Part shown: positions 11,449 to 23,500 of the stretch, one piece after another
How positions within the stretch are numbered: position 1 is the first letter of the stretch
Layout: every line of letters begins with the position of its first letter
Source of the DNA: Somniosus microcephalus
Lineage: Eukaryota
Direction of reading: 5' to 3'
Assembly (NCBI GenBank): GCA_052327205.1
Contig: CM126221.1
Location: forward strand, 76,570,001-76,634,000
Length of the DNA stretch: 64,000 nucleotides
Notes under the pieces: model-generated
Told to the model about the DNA's origin: nothing
The model's database searches: none
What the model saw: the letters and a program-made list of their open reading frames with translations, nothing else
Position numbers and translations under genes: made by a program

Positions 11449-12644
11449 ATCTATGTAATTAATTAAATTTATTATTATTAGTTATGAAGGCCCTCTGCCC
11501 CGATGAAGATGATACTATTACACCACTATTCAATAGGACTTACCAACTTAAAGGAATAAAAGAGAAGGAAGAAAACCAACCAACCAGCTGATCACCAACC
11601 TCCTCCTTGAATACTGTCTGTGGGGCCTGTTTGGTTGACTCGTCTCGCTGCTCCGCCTCCGCAGTGCTGTCTAAGCCTGGGAGTGGGGAGAACAGAACAA
11701 AATACCCGGATTCTACTTCCGGGTTAAATTCCCCAATAGTTTAATATACACTTAAAAATTAAACACACTTCAAATAATTAACTTTTTAACACACTAAAAT
11801 TCACAAATTACACTTAAATGACTTTTCTCCCTCTTACCAAACTCTAGCAGCACTCAATGCACAGCGGGTAGGCCTGTGGCAGCAGGCCACGGCCGGGAAG
11901 TGGAGAGGGCGAAGGGAGAGGTCGTGGGTCGGGCATCGGGGGGGGGGGGGGTTTGGGGGCTGTCCCGGAGAGATCGGCTGGGGGTTGGAGAGTTTGCAAG
12001 GGGCGGTGTCAGAGACTTTGCGAAAAGTTTGTAAAGAGGTCTGATTGCAGGTGGGGTGGGGGGGGGGGCGGGTCGGACAATCGCAGGGTGTCAGAGAGTT
12101 CGCGTGGGGGTCGGATAGTTCGTGGGGAGGTCAGATCGCGCAGATGCTCGCAGGGCGGGCCAATAACGGGGTGGTTAACGGGTTCGCTTGAGAGGCTGAG
12201 GGGAAGCACTCCTGCTCCTCATAGCCCGCCAGCAGTGCTGGAAAGGCACTTACCTGTTCGACCCACCCACTCTCGCCTCCCTTCAAGCTGGCGGGTTTCC
12301 CAAAGCCTGGGAAACCCAGCAGACCAGCGATAAACCTGAAACACAGGTAAAGTCTTAGGCACACAGCCGCATCAAAATATTTACATGAGGCACCCGCATC
12401 CAGAGAGCAGGTTGGAGGCCCAGCTTCCCCCAACCCGCCTCCATTAAAACCAGAAGTTAGAGGCAGGTTGAGGTCGGGTTTTCCATTTTTGAAATTTTAA
12501 CACCCCCCTCCACCCCGGCCCGTATGGGGGTCTAAAATTGCCCCACTGAGTTTGAGGCATGGATTGGAGATAACCAACCCAGGGCTTGTGTCAGTTCCAC
12601 TCTGGATGAGAGGGTTCTGAAATTCAGGACATCATCCTGCCAGA

Positions 12645-13385
12645 GCTCAGTGGGTAGCACCCTTGCCCCTAAGTGAAAAGGTTGTGGGTTCAAGTCCTAC
12701 TCCAGAGGTTTGAGCAAAAAAGTCTAGGCTGACACTGCAGTGCAGTGCTGAGGGAGTGCTGCACTGTCGGAGGAGCAGTCTTTCTGATGAGACGTTAAAC
12801 CGAGGCCCCGTCTGCTCTCTCAGGTGGCCGTAAAAGATCCCACGGCACTATTTTGAAGAAGAGCAGGGGGGAGTTCTCCCCGGTGTCCTGGGGCCAATAT
12901 TTATCCCTCAATCAACATCACAAAAACACAGGTCGCCCAGTTAAAACTGAGATGAGGAGGAATTTCTTCTCAGAGGGTCGTAAATCTGTGGAATTCTCTG
13001 CCCCAGAGAGCCATGGAGGCTGGGTCATTGAATGTATTTAAGGTGGAGATAGACAGGTATTTGAACAATAAGGGAGTGAAGGGTTATGGGGAGCGGGCAG
13101 GGAAATGGAGCTGAGCCCAAGATCAGATCAAGAATGATCTCATTAAATGGCGGAGCAGGCTCGAGGGGACAAATGGCCGACTCCTGCTCCTATTTCTTAT
13201 GTTCTTATGTAACAGATTATCTGGTCATTATCACATTGCTGTTTCTGGGCGCTTGCTGTGCTCAAATTGGCTGCCGCGTTTCCCACATTACAACAGTGAC
13301 TACACTTCAAAAATTACTCCATTGGCTGTAAAGCGCTTTGGGACGTCCTGAGGTCGTGAAAGGCGCTATAGAAATGCAAGTCTGT
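12645..13385 (+). mobile_element. Deu-domain tRNA-SINE (SacSINE1-like) with a CR1 3' end inserted at about 12929-13211
   Basis: Pol III A/B boxes (gctcagtggg, ggttcaagtcc), central gagggagtgctgcactgtcggagg...gagacgttaaaccgagg, 3' aaaggcgctatagaaatgcaag. Confidence 0.88.
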
Positions 13386-13399
13386 CTGTCATAAAAACA

Positions 13400-13822
13400 A
13401 ATGTACTCGCTGGAGTTTAGAAGAACGAGAGGGGATCTTATTGAAACTTATAAAATTCTGACAGGACTGGACAGACTAGATGCAGGAAGGATGTTCCCAA
13501 TGGTCGGGGAGTCCAGAACCAGGGGTCACAGTCTAAGGATAAGGGGTGAGCCATTTAGGACAGAAATGAGGAGGAATTTCTTCACCCAGAGAGTGGTGAA
13601 CCTGTGGAATTCTTTACCACAGAAGGCAGTAGAGGCCAATTCATTAAATATAATCAAGAAGGAGTTGGATATATTTCTTAAGGCTAAAGGGATCAAGGGA
13701 TATAGGGAGAAAGCAGGGACAGGGTACTGAATTTAGATGATCAGCCATGATCGCATTGAATGGCGGAGCAGGCTCGAGGGGCCGAATGGCCTACTCCTGC
13801 TCCTATCTTCTATGTTTCTATG
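13400..13822 (+). mobile_element. CR1 3' fragment, followed by a short PLE pLTR remnant (about 13825-13905, minus strand)
   Basis: ORF 13401..13730 encodes the CR1 ORF2 C-terminus; tttctatg tail. Confidence 0.88.
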
Positions 13823-14244
13823 TAAATTGCTGGAACTACTCAGCAGGTCAGGCAGCATCTGTGGAGAGAGAAACAGAGTTAACATTTCAGGTCGCTGACC
13901 TTTCATTGTTCTAAAGCCCACCCCAGGACATTCATCGTTCTGAGGTCTGCCTTCCTCAGTGCTCCTTCCCTCCCTTTTGGGAAGCTCAACCTCTCCCTCT
14001 CACCCCTTGCACTAGCACTGAGATCTAGAAGTTGCTGTTCTGAGGAACTGTGGACATACAACAAGAACAGCATGTGGACATGGGCCCATTCAACCACCCC
14101 ATGCTTTGAAGTTTGTTACAATTTCATGTAGATCTGTAAAACCACTGGATGTGCAGACTACTTAGAATTACATAGAATTTACAGCACAGAAATAGGCCAT
14201 TTGGCCTGACTGGTCTACATGGGACTATAACAGGAAGAAAAGAA

Positions 14245-14625
14245 GGACTTGCATTTCTTTAGCGCCTTTCACGACCACCGGACATCCCAAAGCGCTTTAC
14301 AGCCAATGAAGTACTTTTTGAAGTGTAGTCACTGTTGTAATGTGGGAAATGCGGCAACCAATTTACGCACAGCAAGCTCCCACAAACAGCAATGTGATAA
14401 TGACCAGATAATCTGTTTTGGTGATGTTAATTGAGGGATAAATATTGGCCCCAGGACACCGGGGAGAACGCCCCTGCTCTTCTTCGAAATAGTAGCCGTG
14501 GGATCTTTTACATCCACCTGAGAGGGCAGACGGTGCCTCAGTTTAACGTCTCTTCTGAAAGACGGCACCTCTGACAGTGCAGCACCTCTCTCAGGGTGCT
14601 ACCAACTGAGGCACAGCTGACACTT
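14245..14625 (-). mobile_element. Deu-domain SINE
   Basis: Reverse-complement match to the 12645 and 28291 copies. Confidence 0.88.
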
Positions 14626-15569
14626 AATAAAGTACTTAAGAGCAGAGAGGGGGTGCGGGGGGGGCCTGGTTTAACATCTCGTACGAAAGATTAATCGTTA
14701 TTCCCCTTAATTTTAATGATCAAAATTCTTGAAACCTTTCTTGATAAGCTGACAGATAATTACCTGGAAATAAGAGAGACTGGGGAATGTAAAACGCTGC
14801 TAACGATAAAACCATCCCTGCTTCACTAACAGCTGCTCGGGGAGTTTACCAGCCGACTTAAACCAAAGGATGTCCTTCAGATTAAGTTCCATCTACAGAT
14901 CTGGTCACCATGTGTGGTGTGCAGCAGTGCTGCAAAACAAACAGTAATTTGAGTAGCGGGCCTACTAGATAAATACATTTAAATTGCATTGCAGAAAATA
15001 AGCATTAACTTATTAAACGGGTTGTTAAAACCTTCGTTAATTGAAAGCTGCTGCATTCCTCACGTGCACTCACTTCAGTCGAAATGCATTGTACAAAACT
15101 TCCTTGAATACAAAATCAGCTTCTTTGCTGCATTTTCAAACAGTTTTTTTTTTGATAATTTCAACTCTGATCTAATCTGCAATGAAAAGTGTATTAGACC
15201 AGAAAAAAAAAATCCCAGCTCGAGTGTTTACAGGAACATTGCTGTTTTAATGTGGTTCAGGGCATCCTTTAGCCTGCACACAAGATTTCTGCTGATTATG
15301 AATTTTTATTTATTTAAAGCTGTGCATTTCTTAGGCTATGTCCATGTCGGAAACACATGCAGCCCTTTCAAATTATAAAAGTGGTCCTGGGGGAGCGGCG
15401 CTCAAACCACGACCCACAAACTCCGTGCACCACTCCCCGCTATTTACTTTTCGTCCTCCTGTTGCTCCAAATCAAAGGCAGAAGACCCGCAGCTCCCGCT
15501 GCTAAAAGGGACATTGCGCTCTTTAATCTTTTTAACTGGAGACACAATGGCAGCTCACAAGAAAGAAAG

Positions 15570-16970
15570 GCTTGCATTTCCCCAGCGCCTTTCATGACCT
15601 CAGGGCACCCCCAAAGCACTTTACAGCCAATGAAGTACTTTTTGACGTGTAGTCACTGTAGCAATGCAGGAAATGCAGCAACTAATTTGCGCACAGCAAG
15701 CTCCTACTTGATGACCAGATAATGGATCGTACGATCTCGTCTAGCTTCTAATCTCTTTTACTTCTTTTGGTTCTTTTATTCTTTTGTCCGATTGCAGCCC
15801 TGCCTTCGATCTAGTTCCTTTTCTCTCCAGTTTTGAAGAAGGGTCAAACCCGAAACGTCAACTCAAATTTCTCTCCACGGATGTTGCCTGACCTGCTGAG
15901 TTTTTCCAGCATTTTCTGTTGTTATTTCGGATTTCCAACATCTGCAGTATTTTGCTATCGTAGATAATGGATCGTATTTTGCAAACCCCCCCCCACGGGT
16001 GCGTGCGAGGTGCGCTCGCGCCCGTAGAGGCCGCGCAGGTTCCGTTCCGGGTTTAGGCATGCGAAGCGTATGCGCTGGAACCCGGCACTTGCAATCTGTC
16101 AAGGGCCCTCCTGCCAGATCCTCCGTATCCCCGGGAGACGGGCCTCGGCGGGTGGAGAGTTGCGCTATTTGCCCAAGTTCCGCCAGCTGAATGCCTATGA
16201 AATTCTTACGCCTGGTAAAAGCAGACGTGAGGCCTGCTTTTGCCAGCATAAGAGTTTTAAAAAATTAAAAAATTAAATGTTATTACTCATTTATAAATTA
16301 AAAATACTCTTCATAAAGGTAAGTTTATTTTTAGCCGCTTAAAAACATTTAATTTTTCAAAAAAATATTGAGTGGCACTTTCATTAATCTTAAATATGTA
16401 ATTTTTTTTTCATTTATTTCAATTGTTGGTGTATTTTTTAAGTGATCCCCATTACAACATTTCACAGTTCCCTACGTACAGAACTGTTAAAAGTAGGAAT
16501 GGGGATTCCCTTCTTTTATTGGTTGGGCCAGCCCGCGTGATCCCAGAGGTGCCTACGAATCGCTGGCGCCCCTGGGATACGTGGGGCTCTGCCCGCGTGG
16601 ACCCGGAGAGGCCCAGGATCACAAGCCGCCATTCCACCCGGGCCACCAGGCACTTTCGCAGATATTTTGCAGGTCAAAGCGGTCCGCCCGCGGGAAGCCT
16701 CCGATCGGAAATGTCGGCCCGCTGTGTTTTAATAATATTGATTGAGGGATAAAAATTGGGTGGCCACCTGGTTTCAGGTCTCTGGGAGTGCCCCTCCCTG
16801 AGAGAGCAGACAGGGCCTCGGTTTAACATCTCATCCTAAAGACGGCACCTCCGACAGCGCAGCACTCCCTCAGTGCTACATTTTTGTGTTCAAGTCTCTG
16901 GAGTGGGACTACGAACCAACAATCATCTGACTCAGTGGCAAGGGTGCTACCAACTGAGCTACAGGCTTAC
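15570..16970 (-). mobile_element. Deu-domain SINE split by a GC-ended element (about 15968-16720) and a PLE fragment
   Basis: SINE halves at about 15570-15720 and about 16722-16970 are collinear with intact copies. Confidence 0.8.
15732..15961 (+). mobile_element. PLE pLTR fragment (family A) with hammerhead motif at 15829-15863
   Basis: 15-bp TSD agataatggatcgta (15717-15731, 15962-15976). Motif agtt-TTGAAGA-a-gggt caa accc-GAAAC-GTC-aact. Confidence 0.85.
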
Positions 16971-17024
16971 ACAAGAGCTATTGAGTCATTGGGCCTCCAA
17001 TACCATCATGTCTGCAGAGGTTAG

Positions 17025-17687
17025 AAACATAGAAACATAGAAGATAGGAGCAGGAGTAGGCCATTCGGCGCCTCGAGCCTGCTCCGCCATTCAATGCGAT
17101 CATGGCTGATCATCCAAATTCAGTACCTGCCTTCTCCCCATATCCCTTGATCCCTTTAGCCTTAAGAAATATATCCAACTCCTTCTTGAATATATTTAAT
17201 GAACTGGCCTCCACCGCCTTCTGTGGTAAAGAGTTCCACAGGTTCACCACTCTCTGGGTGAAGAAATTCCTCCTCATTTCTGTCTTAAATGGCCTACCCT
17301 TTATCCTTAGACTGTGTCCCCTGGTTCTGGACTCCCCGACCATCGGGAACATCCTTCCTGCATCTAGTCTGTCCAGTCCTGTCAGAATTTTATAAGTTTC
17401 AATGAGATCTCCTCTCATTCTCCTAAACTCCAGTGAGTACAAGTCCAATCGACCCAATCTTTCCTCATACGTCATTCCTGCCATCCCAGGTATCAGCCTG
17501 GTGAATCTTCGTTGAACTCCTTCCATGGCAAGAACATCCTTCCTCAGATAAGGTGACCAAAACTGCACACAATACTCAAGATGTGGTCTCACCAAGGCCC
17601 TGTACAACTGCAGCAAGACATCCTTGTTCCTGTACTCAGGGATGTCTTGCTGCAGTTGTACAGGGCCTTGGTGAGACCACATCTTGA
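17025..17687 (-). mobile_element. CR1 3' fragment ending in a perfect 48-bp fold-back
   Basis: Encodes LVRPHLEYCVQFWSP...TRGH. 17576-17623 is the exact reverse complement of 17640-17687. Confidence 0.92.
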
Positions 17688-18644
17688 TCATTTCTATTAA
17701 CCGGGTACCATCCACCATCCACCACAATACTGTGTGTCTTCTGTTGACAGCACTGCATTAACTTGTGGATATGCAGGACAGTTTATATGAAGCTGCCATA
17801 ATTGACAATCATTGCTCCTCTTTCACCAGTGGGAAGTTGCACTGCCTGACGTGGCCTTGGACCATACAGGCCAGAATGCCACAGCTTTAATTCTCGGTAT
17901 GCACAGAGCGAACTTGTCTCAAACATGGCAGCAGTTAGGGCACTAAAATTGGTCCCAATTGCCCCTGAGCTAAAAAGAGGAACTTCTTGACTTCAAGACT
18001 TGAACACAAAAATGTAGCACTGAGGGAGTGCTGCGCTGTCGGAGGTGCCGTTTTTAGGATGAGATGTTAAACCAAGGCCCTCCCAGAGACCTGATTCCTA
18101 TCCAAATGCACATCAAATGAAGACAGAATCGGCTTTGGCTGTGATGCCCTCCATGTCGGAATAGGCTGTCCAACACTCAACAACAGTAAGTAGCTATTTC
18201 AGGAGATGTGCTGGTTTACCTTGAGATAGGTAGACATGGAATCACGTGAAAGCAGTGCCATGGAGATTGATCACGAAAGGCAGTGGAAGCGGGTGGAATG
18301 GGCAACCATATTGGAAGGTTGAGGAGTGCCATGGGTTCTTTTACATCCACCTTAACAGGCGGGCAGGATGTTGGTTTAACATCTCATCCAAAAGACAGCA
18401 CCTGCAGCTATGCAGCACTCTCTCAGAACTGCACTGAAGTGACAGTCTCGATTATCTGTTCGTCCTGGGGTGGACTCAGAAACTAGACAGCTGGCACTGA
18501 ACCAAGCTGACACTTAGGATAATCCAAAAGTAGTGGAAGGAATGGGTCACAGAGAGGAAATGGTGCTTGCAGTGGTCCTGCCAGATCTGGCAGTGGACGA
18601 CCAGGTCAATCAAATGCCAGGCGGACTCACATTTGTGGCCCTCA

Positions 18645-19360
18645 GACTTGAGGGTGACCATCGCCGAATCCCCCACCATCAACATCCTGGGGGGTCCCCA
18701 CTGACCAGAAACTTAACTGGACCAGCCCCACATAAATACTGTGGCTACAAGAGCAGGTCAGAGGCTGGGTATTCTGTGGCAAGTGTCTCACCTCCTGACT
18801 CCCCAAAGCCTTTCCACCATCTACAAGGCACAAGTCAGGAGTGTGATGGAATACTCTCCACTTGCCTGGATGAGTGCAGCTCCAACAACACTCAAGAAGC
18901 TCGACACCATCCAGGACAAAGCAGCCCGTTTGATTGGTACCGCATCCACCACTTTAAACATTCACTCCTTCCACCACCGGCGCACCGTGGCTGCAGTGTG
19001 TACCATCTACAAGATGCACTGCAGCAACTCGCCAAGGCTTCTTCGACAGCACCTCCCAAACCCACGACCTCTTCCACCTAGAAGGACAAGGGCAGCAGGC
19101 GCATGGGAACACCACCACCTCCAAGTTCCCCACCAAGTCACACACCAGCCTGACTTGGAAATATATCAGCCGTTCCTTCATCGTCGCTGAGTCAAAATCC
19201 TGGAACTCCCTCCCTAACAGCACTGTGGGAGCACCTTCGCCACACGGACTGCAGCGGTTCAAGAAGACGGCTCACCACCACCTTCTCAAGGGCAAACTAG
19301 GGATGAGCAATAAATGCTGGCCTTGCCAGTGACACCCACATCCCATAAAAACGAATTTAC
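18645..19360 (+). mobile_element. CR1/L2-group LINE 3' fragment (second lineage)
   Basis: IYKAQVRSVMEYSPLAW...LDTIQDKAARLIG. Its 3' block aataaatgctggccttgccag recurs at about 57495-57570. Confidence 0.8.
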
Positions 19361-19424
19361 AAAAAAGAATTAAAAAGGGTGGAATCTGCAGAACAGCGGA
19401 AGACCATGGGAAACTTGGTGGGGA

Positions 19425-19713
19425 TAAGGACAGAATAAGGGGTCGGCCATTTAAGGCGGAGATGAGGAGGAATTTCTTCACTCAGAGGGTTGTGAATCTT
19501 TGGAATTCTCTACCCCAGAGGGCTGTGGATGTTGAATCATTGAGTATATTCAAGGCTGAGATCAATAGATTCTTGGGCACTAGGGGAATCAAGGGATATG
19601 GGGATAGCACGGGAAAGTGGAGTTGAGGTAGAAGATCAGCCATGATCTTATTGAATGGCGGAGCAGGCTCAAGGGGCCGAATGGCCTACTCCTGCTCCTA
19701 ATTCTTATGTTCT
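19425..19713 (+). mobile_element. CR1 3' fragment
   Basis: gagatgaggaggaatttcttcactcagagg...ggcctactcctgctcc and ttcttatg tail. Confidence 0.88.
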
Positions 19714-20598
19714 GAAGACAGGTTAAAGAAGGAACCAAAGGAGCTGATAAGCAGATCAAGAGACAGCAATGTTATGGCAGGTGGAGGACCAGAGGAGAAG
19801 CGATTGGGGCTTAGAAATTAGATCGTGCCCGAATTGGAGCGTGGTCCAGGTGCAATGCAGGTGCCTAATGAGGCTGCCAACGAGCCCACAGCAAACTGGT
19901 CCGCTGGCTTCCTTAGGATAGTACTGGCGAGCGGCGGGCACACTGTGGCGGCCCCAAAGGCAGCTCGCTAGTAGCGGCGGGCAGCATGATCGGCTGGCTC
20001 GGATGCTGGCCTTGGGAGAGTCTGGAGAGGGAGTCAAGTGGTGGGGGGGCGCAGAGGGCAAGTGGGGGGTGAGCAGTGCCAGACTTTGCCCATCAAAAAT
20101 TGCATCATTCTTAATAGGTTCGGGCCACTTGCCTGGAAACGCCCCTTCCCCTGGCGGGGGCCACTCCTGCCCATCTGGATGCCGGTACACCTCATCTCAC
20201 TTGGCGTATCAGCCTCCAGTACTACACTGGATTCCAAATGAGCCAGGGAAGTGGGACCTCCAGCTCCACTCCCTGACGACATTTGACTTGCAAGTGTTGA
20301 ACGGAGGTTCCGTCCCTAACAAGGCGTCTTGGAAATCTCGGAAATGATTCAGTGTAACTGGGTCCCTGCCAGTTTCCAATTGTTTCCATCGGCCGCCTGC
20401 TAGATTTACAGTGGGACCCCCAATGGATTATCAGGTCTTCTTTATATGAAGAAGTACTTCTTGATGTCAATTCTGAACTTACCGTTTGGCATTTTGTAGC
20501 CTCATCCCCTAGTCCTAAAGTCATGGCTTTACTTGAAATAGTGCTCAGGATCAATCTTTTCTATGCCATTTAGTATCTCATATATCTCTTTATGGTCC

Positions 20599-23500
20599 TG
20601 TGATAAATCCATGTAGTGAGACAAGAACTCGAAGAGGCCAGATATTAGAATTAGTCCAGGTACTTTATTAACAACTGAGTAGCAACCATACAATCCTGCA
20701 TCCTGGCATTCCACCTTTGCTGAACTTGACAGGAAGCAACCCCTGACCTTAACAGGAAGCAACCCCTGACCTTAGCAGCAGCATTGGCTACAGCACCACC
20801 TGGTGGATAACCTTAATCATAACATCCCAGATTACTATATCCCTCCCCCCATAAGATTTCAGTATGAATTTCTTAACAAACAACCATTCCTAAGGGTCAC
20901 ATAAGAAGTCTCCATTCACCATGTTCCATACTTGACGAATCTAACAGGTCAGTATCAATCTCTCTGGTGGCTTGCAAGCCCTTTGTGAACATCTGACAGT
21001 AAAGTCCCTGCTTCTTTGTGGTGAAGCCACCAGCTGCTCCTGAGCAGTGCTCGGAGTATCTGACTCTGCAACGATGGTTTCCTCTTGACGAATGGGTTCC
21101 TGTGGAATTGTCTCTGTCCCTGGTGGTGGCACCACAGATGCACTTGGATAACTGGGGGCAAACCTGTCCTCAGCCATTGCATCTGGAACCTTCATTTCAA
21201 TTTCCCCTTGTCTGGTAAGTATCTGACCTACATGTCTGCGTACTACCCTACCATCACCCAACATGACCTTGTATGATACGAGACTGGTCATTGAGTCTAT
21301 GAAGCCAGGAATCCACTTGGGTCCATAACTGAAATTCCTGGTAAGGACCGCATCTCCTTCTCCAAAACTTCGGCTCTTTGTTCTTTTGTCATCGTTCTCT
21401 TTTTGTTTGTTTTGTCTGTTTTCCATTTTCCTTTTTAGGTCTGGGTGGACAAGGTCAAGAGTGGAGCGTAGTCTATGACCTAATAACATCTCAGCAGGAG
21501 AGGGTCCTGTGGTGGATTGAACTGTTATTCTGTAGCTGAACAGAACTCGTGACACTTTGGCTGCTAAACTCCCTTCTGCACTTTTTTTCATCATCTCTTT
21601 AAATGTTTGTACGGCTCTCTCCGCAAGTCCATTTGAGGACGGATGATATGGAGCCGAGGTCACCTGCACTATGCCATTTTTTCTCAAGAACTCTTTTGTC
21701 TCTGTACTCACAAAACAAGTGGCATTGTCACTTACCACGATCTCCGGTAGCCCTTGATTACTGAAGCTCCGACGCAGGCAGTCTATAGTAGTAGAATTTA
21801 CAGGATAAACATCCATCCATTTGGAATGTGCATCAATGATTATGAGGAACATCTTCCGCATGAATGGACCCGCATAATCTAAGTGCAATCTTCTCCATGG
21901 TTTATCCGGCCACTCCCAGGGGTGGAGAGGAGCCGCTGCTGGTGCCTTCCGGTGTTCCTGACAAGTGCTGCATGTCTTGACTAGATTTTCTATCTCCTCA
22001 TCTAGCTTTGGCCACCACAAGTAACACCTAGCCAAGGCTTTCATACGCGAGACCCCAGGATGACACTGATGTAGTTGCTCTAGGATAGACTGTCGTGCTA
22101 GCTGTGGAATAATCACTCGTGCTCCCCACAACACGCAACCATCCTGCACACTCAGCTCTGTTTTCCTGACACTGTAGGGTGTGAAGTCAGCCCCTTCCGG
22201 ATGCTGTGGCCATCCCCTCACCTCATATTCTCGAACTCTAGACAGTACTGGATCTTTACCTGTCCATGTTCTTACTTGCTCTGCAGTCACAAGTGCCATG
22301 TCAGTGTCCTCCAACATCAAAACTCTGTCCTCTGGAGCTGCACAGATAGGTGTGCCTGGCAGAGGAAGACGGCTCAAGGCATCTGCATTCCCATGGTACT
22401 TGCCAGCCTTGTAGACGATGACATACTCATATACCCTCAACGTCACGACCCACCTCTGGATCCGGGGTGACACCATCTGTGGAACTGCTTTCATTTCATT
22501 GAAAAGAGAGATAAGAGGTTTATGATCGCTGCATATAGTGAACTTCCTGCCATATATGTACTTGTGGAACCTCTGTAACCCAAACATTACTGCTAACCTC
22601 TCTTTGTCTAACTGGGAATAGTTTTTTTCCGCAGGTGTTAGAGTTCGGGACATAAACCCTATTGGTCTTTCAGTTCCTTCTTCCATGCAGTGTGAAAGAA
22701 CTGACCCCACCCCATAAGTGGAAGTGTCACAAGAGAGATTTGATGTCTTTCTCTGCATTGTAGTGAACCAGCACATCCGACGACAGCATCAGTTTCTTGG
22801 GCTGTTCAAATGAAACCCCCTGCTCCTCTCCCCACTGCCATTGTGTCTCCTTGCGCAGTAGTTTGTGAAGAGGTGCTAACACAGTTGACAAGTTTGGTAA
22901 AAACCTGTTATAATAGTTCAGCAGTCCCAGGTAAACTTTTAACTCAGCCACATTTGTAGGAGCAGGGGCATCCTGCAGTGCTTGTACCTTCTCCTTGAGT
23001 GGATGGAGCCCGGTGGCGTCCACTCTGTGTCCCAGGAACACTGCCTCATTCCCCAGGAAAGTGCACTCACTCCTCTTGAGCCGGAACCCTGCCCTCTCCA
23101 ATCTCTGTAGTACCTCTCTCAGAGTGCTCAGATGCTCCTGGTCGGTTCTTCCTGTCACCAGAATGTCATCCAGATAGATGGAAACATGTGGAATCCCTTG
23201 CAGTGCACCTTCGATTGTCCTCTGGAAGATAGCTGGACTATATGAGACACCAAACGGTAAGCGGTTATATGTAAACAAGCCCTTGTGTGTATTTATGGTG
23301 ACATACTTCTTTGATTTGTCATCCAGTGTAATCTGCAAGTAGGCATGACTCATATCCAACTTTGTGAATTTCTTTCCACCAGCCAGGTTTGCAAAGAGAT
23401 CCTTTGTTTTGTGAATCGGATACTGCTCTAGTTTGGACACCCGATTGACTGTCAATTTATAGTCTCCACAGAGTCTTACCGAATTGTCCGGTTTTAAAAC

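Larger units (their letters stand above)
7040..11860 (-). mobile_element. Near full-length CR1 LINE, inactivated
   Basis: 5' UTR, ORF1, ORF2, 3' UTR and (ttcttatg)3 tail in order. The 5' boundary is approximate. Confidence 0.93.
6840..12545. mobile_element. GC-rich-ended non-autonomous element (about 6840-7039 plus about 11860-12545) split by the CR1 insertion
   Basis: Ends ggggtgaaaat... and ...aaaattgccccc (weak TIR). The gcactcctgctcctc block is shared, in reverse, with about 2049-2063. Confidence 0.45.

Noticed and set aside
19756-20420. Overlapping 100-144-aa ORFs in a GC-rich stretch
   Set aside because: No domain similarity; the stretch looks like another decayed GC-rich non-autonomous element whose ends I could not define.
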